Shown: positions 49,352 through 57,638, counted from the stretch's first letter. The stretch is DNA of 64,000 nt from an uncultured Gammaproteobacteria bacterium (GCA_964450885.1 CAYVFE010000001.1:438572-502571), one strand, 5' to 3'. Notes: generated by a model not told the origin, from the letters alone. Translations and numbers: made by a program.

Positions 49352-49370
49352 ATGCAACGTGCATATAAAT
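49352..49370. promoter_or_regulatory. palindrome ATGCA-ACG-TGCAT overlapping a TATAAAT -10-like box, 1 nt upstream of the 49371 ATG (candidate operator/promoter)
   Basis: It lies in the 68-bp divergent region between lexA and the downstream operon. A second palindrome, tacct-N9-aggta, lies at 49321-49339. Confidence 0.3.
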
Positions 49371-49889
49371 ATGAATATGGAATTTATAAATGGTTTCTTT
49401 AGTATCCAGTCTGCTACAAGTTTCCTTGTAGTCTCAATTCCGGTAGGGATTTTTATATATAAATTTACAATTTTCCGCATCAGAAAAGATATGCGTCTAT
49501 TTAAGAACCTCCAACGCACGATTTATCTTATGTCAACAGATTCAACTACTGTCCTTCAAAGGGAGAAAACAATGTTTCATATGAACGGGCTATACCACGT
49601 CAGTCCAGACATAGTACATCTTTCTGATCTGGGGCATTTGGAAACAGTAAAAGATTTCTCTATTTTTGTAGTAGGATACACAAGAGGATTTGGGCATTAT
49701 AAAGAAGTCATTGATAGGGCAAAAAGGAATAGTATTCCAGTAGTTGTACTTGCCGGTCCTAGAGATATTACCGACGAAGATATGGCAATTTTTAAAGAGT
49801 ATCCTTACTTTGAGATGTGTAATACATCTTCGCGTTTATTAACTACCATTTTTAGTCTTTCTGCCGTAACACCAAATGATAAAAAATGA
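49371..49889 (+). CDS. membrane-anchored protein with a C-terminal Rossmann-like domain (candidate effector/sensor)
   Basis: It has an N-terminal hydrophobic segment (FLVVSIPVGIFIYKFTIF) and a C-terminal FVVGYTRGFG...IPVVVLAGP. Its stop overlaps the next start (ATGATAAAAAATGA). Confidence 0.4.
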   Translation: MNMEFINGFFSIQSATSFLVVSIPVGIFIYKFTIFRIRKDMRLFKNLQRTIYLMSTDSTTVLQREKTMFHMNGLYHVSPDIVHLSDLGHLETVKDFSIFVVGYTRGFGHYKEVIDRAKRNSIPVVVLAGPRDITDEDMAIFKEYPYFEMCNTSSRLLTTIFSLSAVTPNDKK

Positions 49890-51192
49890 TTTTAACAGTA
49901 CGTTTAGAGTCCACGCAAAAAATTCCCTTTCTCCACTGCAAAGGGAAAGGGATTTTGTAACCGCGGTCTACGACCATATTTGTAAGGCATTAGGCGATAA
50001 TTGTATACAAATTGGCTCTTATCCCAGATTTACATCAACAACTCCGCTTCACGATTTAGATGTGCTATATATTTTGGGAGATATGAGTAGTTTTCTTGAA
50101 AACCCCAGCGAGATACTTACGCGGTTGCAAGCTACTCTCAAGGATTACTTCTTAAAAAATACTAACTACAAGGTAATAATAAGCCTGCAAACGCACTCCG
50201 TAACAGTTAGCTTCGTGGATGGAACTGGAAAAGAAGATTTTGGCATTGACGTTGTGCCTGCATTTGTAAATGGAGTAAATGAATTTGGATTGGATATGTA
50301 TGTGGTGCCGGAAATTATTAAGATAAAAAGAAGCAAGCGTCATTCATATTATTCAGAAAAAAAAGCTGAAAACAAAGCAGTCCAATGGGTAAAATCCGAT
50401 CCCAGAGGCTACATTAAAATAGCCTCTAATATCAATGAAAAGAATGGAGATTATCGTAAGACCGTTAAGTTTATAAAAAAATGGAAGCACAATTTAGCAC
50501 ACAAAAATGAACAAGTTAAATTGAAATCATTTCATATAGAGCAGATCGTTGTGGGTATATTTCAGAAAAATCCTGACGCTTCTATGTTTGATGCCGTCTT
50601 TGAATTTTTTACAAAACTCCCGCAGCACATTGAAAAACCACAGATTCCAGACAGGGCAAATGCAGACGTTTTTATAGATGCTTACCTGGCAGACTTAACG
50701 GATGAACAACGTGCACTAATACTACAAGCAAGAGACCACTTCCTAATTGGGCTTGAAGAATTTACTCCTAGTAAGTCTGTTCACGAGTTACTTTCTGCGG
50801 ATTTTTATAAAAGATTTTCCTCCACAGAGGCATACTTATTTGACAGCTATATTCCGGTTCTCACAGAACCTCAACACACATTTAAGATTAACGGCTGGGT
50901 GAGAAAGAAGCCGGGATTTAGACATGGGTGGTTAAGCCAAATTCCTTGGAAACTTGAGTATTTAAGGTATATTGATTTTTCTGTTTCCCAGGATAATACA
51001 CAGGCACATCTATACAAGTGGAAAGTTAAAAACCATAATTCTTCTCCGCAACCCCGTGGAGAGATAACAGATCATAGAACAAGTCAAAGTCCGGAATCTA
51101 CAAGATATTCAGGTGCTCATTACGTAGAGTGTTTTGCCGTCAAAAATAACGTATGTATAGCAAGACATAGGATTAATGTCCCCATTGCTTAA
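49876..51192 (+). CDS. CD-NTase/SMODS-like nucleotidyltransferase (Pol-beta superfamily)
   Basis: IGSYPRFTSTTPLHDLDVLYIL matches the GS...hD-h-D Pol-beta signature. The third acidic residue is in FGIDVVPAF. The downstream KTVKFIKKWKH resembles the conserved helix of cGAS/DncV-like enzymes. Confidence 0.5.
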   Translation: MIKNDFNSTFRVHAKNSLSPLQRERDFVTAVYDHICKALGDNCIQIGSYPRFTSTTPLHDLDVLYILGDMSSFLENPSEILTRLQATLKDYFLKNTNYKVIISLQTHSVTVSFVDGTGKEDFGIDVVPAFVNGVNEFGLDMYVVPEIIKIKRSKRHSYYSEKKAENKAVQWVKSDPRGYIKIASNINEKNGDYRKTVKFIKKWKHNLAHKNEQVKLKSFHIEQIVVGIFQKNPDASMFDAVFEFFTKLPQHIEKPQIPDRANADVFIDAYLADLTDEQRALILQARDHFLIGLEEFTPSKSVHELLSADFYKRFSSTEAYLFDSYIPVLTEPQHTFKINGWVRKKPGFRHGWLSQIPWKLEYLRYIDFSVSQDNTQAHLYKWKVKNHNSSPQPRGEITDHRTSQSPESTRYSGAHYVECFAVKNNVCIARHRINVPIA

Positions 51193-51472
51193 GGCTTTAT
51201 GGATATAAAAGAAGCAAAGAAAATTTTAGGTAGTGAAGCAGATGGAATTTCTAATGAACAACTAGAGAAAGAAATTGATACAGCAAACTTGCTCAAAAAT
51301 ATATTTTTCAGTCTTCAAAAAAAGGCAAATAAATAACCCATAGTAGAACTGCTAGGCACAAGACAATTTTTGTTGTCATCTATTAGCCTCAAATCCATGT
51401 CGTAATATCAACCTTGTGCGACATAACGACACTTTTCTATCAAATTTTTTCTCCAAGTAGTAAAATTGAAAT

Positions 51473-51865
51473 ATGATAATTGTTGTTGGAGCATTAATAG
51501 TTCAGGGCGGTAAGTTTTTGTTAGCAGAGCGGTCCCATGGAGAGTTAAAAGGGAAATGGGAATTTCCCGGGGGGAAGCTTGAGAAAGGCGAGACAGAGGA
51601 AGAAGCTCTCGTAAGAGAGATTGAGGAGGAGTTAGGTGTTCAAGTCGTTATTGAAGAAAAAATCAAAGTCTTTACGCATAAGTATAGCTTCGGCGACATA
51701 CACTTAACATTGCTTAGGTGTAATTTATCTGATGACGTACAACACATTGGTTTACGTGGAAGCCATGAAAAATTTGACTGGGTAGATTATAATACCAGAG
51801 ACATCAATTTTGCCCCTCTTGATAGGAAAATCTTTACATACTTAAAAAAACATTATGTTATCTGA
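51473..51865 (+). CDS. NUDIX hydrolase (MutT-like)
   Basis: It has the Nudix box GGKLEKGETEEEALVREIEEELGV. Confidence 0.8.
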   Translation: MIIVVGALIVQGGKFLLAERSHGELKGKWEFPGGKLEKGETEEEALVREIEEELGVQVVIEEKIKVFTHKYSFGDIHLTLLRCNLSDDVQHIGLRGSHEKFDWVDYNTRDINFAPLDRKIFTYLKKHYVI

Positions 51866-52865
51866 ACTAATTGTCAAATTTGCAACAAATTACTTAGCGG
51901 CAACATCAACACCGTTTGCTGGAAATCGTGAAGCAGACGTTATTCGTTATGAACTCCCCGAATTGATAAGAAAGCTTGCTGCAATACCACTAAATTACAA
52001 AGTGTATGGCTCCGTTGGTCAAGGGCAATGGGCAGAAGTTCCTTGGTTTGCAATTCTTGACAAAGATATTACAACATCAACACAAAAAGGATATTATGTT
52101 GTTTTTCTATTTTCTGCGGATATGAAATACGTATATCCTTCCCTTGGTGTTGGTTGGCAACAGTTTGAAGAAGAGTATGGGGTCCGGGAAGGAAGGATTG
52201 CAATAGAGCAAGTTGTTAGGGAATTACAAAGGATTTTGAGGTCGCCCCTTGATGACTTTTCTTTTGCAAAAAGGGACCTAAAGGCAACTTCAATTTTGGG
52301 AAAAGGATATGAGAGCGGAGGGGTATGCCATAAAGTTTATGAAATAGAAAAAATGCCTTCAGACGAGGTGATTGTAAATGATGTTAGAAATCTTATGGGA
52401 GTGTATCGCGAACTGAAAGGATTAGTGGGGAAAAATGTTTTAAATCTTGAAATTCCTGAGGAGCAAATTGCAGACGAAGAATTTAACAGAAAGGTTATTG
52501 AGGAAAGTGAAGATGTAGCCTCTCCAGAGGTAGCAAAAGAAAAAATCAAAGCTCTAACAAAAATAATTGAAACAGCACCGGCTCAGGAGAGAACAAAGAT
52601 GGCGCGGTATGTGGCAAGAAATAGGAAATTTGCAGAATTAGTGAAGCAGGCAGCTAATTATACTTGCCAGATTTGCGGAATGCCTCCATTCAAAACCAAA
52701 TCAGGAGAACTATATGCAGAAGCACATCATACTTTAGAGCTAGCAACTCACAGAATAGACCACCCTGATATAATGATATGTGTATGCGCTCAGTGTCATC
52801 GTGTTATTACATATGGTTCCGAAGCAGAAATAAGCAAGCGAGAAGATATGGGTAGACAAAATTAA
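51855..52865 (+). CDS. HNH endonuclease with an N-terminal MrcB-N (DUF3578)-like DNA-binding domain, a type IV restriction-like enzyme
   Basis: The N-terminal KVYGSVGQGQWAEVPWFAILDK...GYYVVFLFSADMKYVYPS resembles the MrcB/McrB N-domain. The C-terminus CQICGMPP...AHHTLELATHRIDHPDIMICVCAQCH is an HNH motif. It overlaps the Nudix gene by 11 nt. Confidence 0.5.
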   Translation: MLSELIVKFATNYLAATSTPFAGNREADVIRYELPELIRKLAAIPLNYKVYGSVGQGQWAEVPWFAILDKDITTSTQKGYYVVFLFSADMKYVYPSLGVGWQQFEEEYGVREGRIAIEQVVRELQRILRSPLDDFSFAKRDLKATSILGKGYESGGVCHKVYEIEKMPSDEVIVNDVRNLMGVYRELKGLVGKNVLNLEIPEEQIADEEFNRKVIEESEDVASPEVAKEKIKALTKIIETAPAQERTKMARYVARNRKFAELVKQAANYTCQICGMPPFKTKSGELYAEAHHTLELATHRIDHPDIMICVCAQCHRVITYGSEAEISKREDMGRQN

Positions 52866-52869
52866 GGTT

Positions 52870-53145
52870 ATGGATAAGACATTAATAACAATTATTATAA
52901 TCGGGGCACCAACCCTATTAATTGCAATTTGTTGGGTTTCGTTGATGATTACAATGAGAAAAACAACGGGTGAATTAAAGCTTTTTCTTAGTCCTGACAA
53001 CTTAGTTAAGGTATTCGCAATATATTTAGTTTTAATCGGCACAATTTTATTTGGGCTACTTGGGATAATTAACGGTGAAGCTATAGGAGTTATTTTTAGT
53101 GGTGTGATTGGGTATACAGTTGGAACGAAGTTTAATAAGAATTAA
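52870..53145 (+). CDS. small two-TM membrane protein
   Basis: It is 91 aa with two hydrophobic helices. Confidence 0.35.
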   Translation: MDKTLITIIIIGAPTLLIAICWVSLMITMRKTTGELKLFLSPDNLVKVFAIYLVLIGTILFGLLGIINGEAIGVIFSGVIGYTVGTKFNKN

Positions 53146-53417
53146 TAAATTGCTAAGCAGTTTATAAGGTCAAATTTTTGTTTGTGAGTTAAAGTCTTCA
53201 ATTCCTTTTCTCTCTGCATAGCAAAGCTTCTTGTTTGATAGGGTTCAATATGAACAATTTTTACTGGGCGTCTGTATTTTGTCCATTTGGCTCCTGGATA
53301 TTTCCCAAGTCCGTTATGTTCTTTTTCTCTTTCTTCAATGTTGTTGGTTTGTCCAGTATAATATGTTCCATCCCCACATTCTGCAATATAAACATAATAA
53401 ACCGGTGGTTTTAACAT
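53142..53417 (-). CDS. GIY-YIG nuclease family protein (UPF0213/YhbQ-like)
   Basis: VYYVYIAECGDGTYYTGQTNNIEEREKEHN has the GIY-YIG core with the conserved Arg, Glu and Asn. Confidence 0.7.
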   Translation of the reverse strand: MLKPPVYYVYIAECGDGTYYTGQTNNIEEREKEHNGLGKYPGAKWTKYRRPVKIVHIEPYQTRSFAMQREKELKTLTHKQKFDLINCLAIY

Positions 53418-53469
53418 TCTTAAATTATAGCAAGAACAGATGAAGTAAGGGGTGGTATAATACCGAGAT

Positions 53470-53652
53470 ATGACTAAACTAATTCGTCAAAAAAGAGGAG
53501 ATACTTTGGTAAAGACAATTGAAAAAAAATATAAGGTTGATTTAGGCTACCGAGCTGATGCAAAGTTATCAACCGTTTTAAAAAAAACAGGGGCTCCTTC
53601 TCTATCAAAGCTAGTTAAGCTTGCAGATACGACTAGGAAAAAAACCAAGTAA
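53470..53652 (+). CDS. hypothetical small basic protein
   Basis: It is a 60-aa ORF and may not be coding. Confidence 0.2.
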   Translation: MTKLIRQKRGDTLVKTIEKKYKVDLGYRADAKLSTVLKKTGAPSLSKLVKLADTTRKKTK

Positions 53653-53658
53653 TATCCG

Positions 53659-54195
53659 ATGCAGCCGACTGACCTATTATTTATATCCGATATCCCATTA
53701 AGGAAAAAAATAATTAACGCCATTGATACGATTTCCGGTTTATACCTTATTGAGAAAGATACGAATTATCCTCGTGAATTATCAAAAGAAATAAGAAGAA
53801 CTATCGTTTTATATGCTGCCTCAATAATAGAAGCTTCTCTTTTGTTTTTGTATAAAAGGAAAGCATCACCAATTTTGAAAACTGAATATGCAGACGTTCA
53901 TACATTGCCTTTGTCTTTGCAAAATGGCTCACAAAATAAATTAGTTATTGCAAGACAGGTACAAAGTCCTAGAGACGAAAGAGAGTTGATGTTGGATGTT
54001 TTGTTAAAATTCTATACCTCTAAAGAAAAAATCATACCTAAAAGCTTAGCTGAAAAAATAATAAAAGCCAAAGATATTAGAAATACTTTTCATCTTTCTA
54101 AATCTAGGTCTGGTCTTGTAGTTAGTGCTAAAGTAATGCAATTATCAACGGATGCTGTTTATGAAACAATTGTTATCGTTAAGAACAGTTTGTAA
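53659..54195 (+). CDS. hypothetical protein
   Basis: It is a 178-aa ORF at the right end of the island. I recognise no family. Confidence 0.35.
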   Translation: MQPTDLLFISDIPLRKKIINAIDTISGLYLIEKDTNYPRELSKEIRRTIVLYAASIIEASLLFLYKRKASPILKTEYADVHTLPLSLQNGSQNKLVIARQVQSPRDERELMLDVLLKFYTSKEKIIPKSLAEKIIKAKDIRNTFHLSKSRSGLVVSAKVMQLSTDAVYETIVIVKNSL

Positions 54196-54318
54196 GCGAA
54201 TTGTTATTGACCATTCCTCTTAAAAGGTTTATATTCATTACGGAAGACATAAGAATACCTTTTATTACGAGGTGCTTATTAAAGGAAATTGAAGCTACAA
54301 GCGGGTTATGTCTATAAA

Positions 54319-54348
54319 ATACCCGCATTTCTACGGCAGAAGAACTAA
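54319..54348. repeat. right direct repeat (attR-like): an orphan copy of the ftsZ 3' end encoding IPAFLRQKN-stop
   Basis: atacccgcatttctacggcagaagaactaa. The same frame hits a stop only 13 codons upstream, so this is a gene tail without a gene. Confidence 0.7.
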
Positions 54349-55793
54349 TCAGCATTGTACACTTCCCAAAAGGTTAGATCATTCACCCTGTCAACTTTCC
54401 TGTAGTTTTTTATAATATATTCATTAACAATATCTTCCGGATTACTATTCAGATCGTGAGTGACTATTAGTCTTACTTTTTCTTTACTCAGGCTTTCTAG
54501 AAGTTTTCTTTTAGATTCCTCCGATAATGCAGATGGTGACAGGTAGTCATAAGCGGTGGGATTGTCTCTTTCTATTAGAAAATACAGCATCGGTGCGTAG
54601 TAATTAATAAAGACTTTGTCTCCGGGGTTTGTTTTTTCATCAACAATTTTTAAGACTTCTGGGACTTCACGTTGATATTTATCGTTTAGCCAAATATAAA
54701 CCCTTGGATTTGCAACTAATTGATGAGACGAAGACAGTGGTGCTTCCCATCGATAGTATCCGTAGAAAAGCGCTGTATAAAATCCCATTATGATAAGTAA
54801 TCCTGCATATACAAAAACAAACTTGCGTCTTAATCTATCTTTCTCAAGTAAAAAAATAGGCAGTAGTGATAATCCTGTCGCGGCGATAAGTGGCGAAAGA
54901 TGGACGTAGTCTGTTACAGGACGAAATCCGGCCAGATAGAAAAAAGTCGTAAATAGGGGAAGGAGCGCTAGGTTTGATCTCTGTTTAAAAGTAATTATTA
55001 GGGAATAGATACCAACTAGAAGTGGTGAGAGGTAAAAAGCTAACTTCATGTAGGAGTAGATAGAATCAGAATACAAAATGGGCGTATCGATGGTTTTTTC
55101 TATTACAATTTTTAATATGACATTGTGGTAGAAGTTAGTTATGAATGGATTTAAAGAGTTTGTTGTTATTAGATAAAAGAAAAAAACACCAATTCCTGCA
55201 AAAACTCCCAACAAAAATTGCTTGAGTATCTTTGAGTCTTTTTGAACCAATATATAAGTAAAAAATGCTAGAATAACTGCGATTCCTAAGTTTTGCTTGG
55301 TCATAAAAACCAAAAAAGCGAAAAAACCTGACAAAACGATAGTTTTGGGTTTGTTATACAGAAAAGCAGCAAGCGCAATAGTGCCAATCGTGAGGCTTAC
55401 AATGCTCGGCCAGATGAAGTTTATATGACTAGGTCCCCATGAAAGATAGATAAGTATTACAAAAAGTGAATAATACTTTTTTTTAGTTAGGATTTTTGTA
55501 ATGAAAAATATAGACGTTACGGTCGTGAGAGATAGTAAGAGTGCAATGAGCCTGGAAGAAAATATACTTTCACCAAATAGACTAAATCCGAATACCATTA
55601 TAAATGGTGCAAGAGGAGTATAAACGAAATCAAAATCGCTATACAGGGCTTGTCCGCCTATAATCCTTTGAGCAGTATTTAGGACGTAGCCTTCGTCTGG
55701 GTAGAAGATTCCCCGAAAGTGAAAAAAAGAAAGAACAAATATTATAAGAATTAAAACAGTTATTGTGATTTTGTTTTCCAATAATAACTTCAT
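54345..55793 (-). CDS. GT-C family membrane glycosyltransferase (ArnT/PMT-like)
   Basis: The first-loop motif FRGIFYPDEGYVLNTAQRIIGG has the DE residues, and there are ~12 TM helices. Confidence 0.45.
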   Translation of the reverse strand: MKLLLENKITITVLILIIFVLSFFHFRGIFYPDEGYVLNTAQRIIGGQALYSDFDFVYTPLAPFIMVFGFSLFGESIFSSRLIALLLSLTTVTSIFFITKILTKKKYYSLFVILIYLSWGPSHINFIWPSIVSLTIGTIALAAFLYNKPKTIVLSGFFAFLVFMTKQNLGIAVILAFFTYILVQKDSKILKQFLLGVFAGIGVFFFYLITTNSLNPFITNFYHNVILKIVIEKTIDTPILYSDSIYSYMKLAFYLSPLLVGIYSLIITFKQRSNLALLPLFTTFFYLAGFRPVTDYVHLSPLIAATGLSLLPIFLLEKDRLRRKFVFVYAGLLIIMGFYTALFYGYYRWEAPLSSSHQLVANPRVYIWLNDKYQREVPEVLKIVDEKTNPGDKVFINYYAPMLYFLIERDNPTAYDYLSPSALSEESKRKLLESLSKEKVRLIVTHDLNSNPEDIVNEYIIKNYRKVDRVNDLTFWEVYNAD

Positions 55794-55823
55794 GTAGTTA
55801 TTATAGTATAGGGAGTGAATGAA

Positions 55824-57638
55824 TTAGTTCGATTTTGACTGTGAGCGCATGCGGCGTGCTTCTACCTCATCGAGAATAGTTTTTCTTATTCTGATATTCT
55901 TTGGGGTTACTTCAACGAGCTCATCATCGGCAATATACTCTAGTGCGTCTTCAAGCCCCATTACTTTTGGAGTCCTGAAATACTCTGTAACTCCATCTCC
56001 TTTTGAGCGCATATTCGTTAGATGTTTTGTTTTGCAGACATTTATACTTAGGTCGTCATTTCGGGCATTTTTTCCTACAACCTGGCCTTTGTATACTGGA
56101 GTTTGCGGACCTATAAAAAGTAGTCCTCTGTCCTGAATATTTGCCAGGCCATATTGGTTGGCAACGCCCGTCTCGTGCGCTACAAGTGATCCCTGTTCTC
56201 TTTCATGGGTATATCCATTGTCTGGAGCATATTCGTGAAATAGGGTGTTTATAATTCCCAACCCCTTTGTGTCGGTGACGAATTCACCACGATATCCAAA
56301 GAGTCCTTTTGAGGAGATTATAAAATCAAGGGATGCGATTCCGTTGTCCGAACGCATATCCTTGAGCTCTCCACGTCTCGTTCCCATTTTTTGGATTACA
56401 GCTCCTGAATATTCCTCGGGAACCTCAATGAATACTTGTTCATATGGAGTCATTTTTTTACCATCTACGATTTTATCGATGACCTGCGGACGACCCACCT
56501 GGAACTCGTATCCTTCACGGCGCATCCGTTCAATAAGGATTGCTAGATGTAATTCTCCGCGTCCTGATACAATCCACCCTCCTACTTGATCATTCTCGAC
56601 GCGCAGCGCCATATCCGTTTCTGTTTCTTTGTAGAGCCTTTCCTGAATTTGTCGGGATGTCTTAAATTCTCCCTCTTTGCCGGCAAATGGAGAATTATTC
56701 ACCATGAATTGCGCGCGGATAGTAGGTTCTTCGATTTTTAGAAGGGGTAGCGCTATCGGATTATTCGGATCGGCTATCGTTTCTCCGATAACAGGATCGG
56801 GGATTCCTGCAATCGCTACTATGTCTCCAGCTTGAGCTTCGTTAACCTCTTGTTTTCCCAGCCCCACGAATGTCATTAGTGAACTGATCTTTGCCTTTTT
56901 TACCTCCCCATCTCGATTAATGTGGGCAATTTCTTGTGCCGCTTTAATTGTTCCGTTGTAGATTCTACCTATGGCGATTCTACCTTTGTGGGTGTCGGCC
57001 GCAAGTGTTGTTATAAGCATTTGGAGCGGTGCATCAGGATCGACTTTAGGTGCTGGAATTTCCTTTAGTAATGTATCAAAGACTGGAGTTATATCTGTCA
57101 TTTCTTCAATGTTCTCTGTAAGACCTGCCTTACCATTCTTTGCTGATGCATAGATTATGGGAAAGTCAGCTGTTGCGTCGTCTGCACCGAGTTCTAGAAA
57201 AAGATCGAGCGTTTTGTCTAATACATAGTGGATTCTAGCATCTGGTTTGTCTATTTTGTTTACGACTACAATAATTTTGTGTCCCATCGCTAAAGCTTTT
57301 TTTAGAACAAATCTGGTCTGAGGCATAGGTCCTTCTTTTGCATCAACCAAAAGTAGGCATCCATCTGCCATTTTCAAAACCCTTTCGACCTCTCCTCCAA
57401 AATCAGCGTGTCCTGGGGTGTCGATGATATTTATTTTTGTATCATTCCACATAACCGACGCATTTTTGGAAAAAATTGTTATACCGCGTTCGCGTTCCAG
57501 CTCATTGCTATCCATGATAAGAGAATCGGCACTGTCCTTATGCATCTGCGTTTTTGACTGAGTTAAGAGAGCATCGACCAAGGTTGTTTTCCCGTGGTCA
57601 ACGTGCGCGATAATTGCTATGTTTCGTATGTTATTCAT
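55824..57638 (-). CDS. typA: translational GTPase TypA/BipA
   Basis: It has IRNIAIIAHVDHGKTTLVDALL and an EF-G-like architecture. The start is taken at MNNIR. Confidence 0.9.
   Translation of the reverse strand: MNNIRNIAIIAHVDHGKTTLVDALLTQSKTQMHKDSADSLIMDSNELERERGITIFSKNASVMWNDTKINIIDTPGHADFGGEVERVLKMADGCLLLVDAKEGPMPQTRFVLKKALAMGHKIIVVVNKIDKPDARIHYVLDKTLDLFLELGADDATADFPIIYASAKNGKAGLTENIEEMTDITPVFDTLLKEIPAPKVDPDAPLQMLITTLAADTHKGRIAIGRIYNGTIKAAQEIAHINRDGEVKKAKISSLMTFVGLGKQEVNEAQAGDIVAIAGIPDPVIGETIADPNNPIALPLLKIEEPTIRAQFMVNNSPFAGKEGEFKTSRQIQERLYKETETDMALRVENDQVGGWIVSGRGELHLAILIERMRREGYEFQVGRPQVIDKIVDGKKMTPYEQVFIEVPEEYSGAVIQKMGTRRGELKDMRSDNGIASLDFIISSKGLFGYRGEFVTDTKGLGIINTLFHEYAPDNGYTHEREQGSLVAHETGVANQYGLANIQDRGLLFIGPQTPVYKGQVVGKNARNDDLSINVCKTKHLTNMRSKGDGVTEYFRTPKVMGLEDALEYIADDELVEVTPKNIRIRKTILDEVEARRMRSQSKSN

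Larger units (their letters stand above)
45551..54318. mobile_element. integrated element of ~8.8 kb (integrase plus regulators plus defence-type cargo) at the ftsZ 3' end
   Basis: It is bounded by 30-bp direct repeats. A tyrosine integrase sits adjacent to the left repeat. The cargo is unrelated to the flanking dcw and housekeeping genes. Confidence 0.6.

Noticed and set aside
49303-49370. Searched the lexA upstream region for a canonical SOS box (CTGT-N8-ACAG, or CGAAC-N4-GTTCG).
   Set aside because: Neither consensus is present. Only lineage-unknown palindromes occur (tacct-N9-aggta and ATGCA-ACG-TGCAT). They are reported as candidates, not as a LexA box.
53659-54195. Considered the 178-aa island protein as a HEPN-domain toxin, because of ...KAKDIRNTFHLSKSR.
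   Set aside because: The spacing is R-x3-H, not the HEPN Rx4-6H motif. No minimal nucleotidyltransferase (MNT)-type partner is adjacent.
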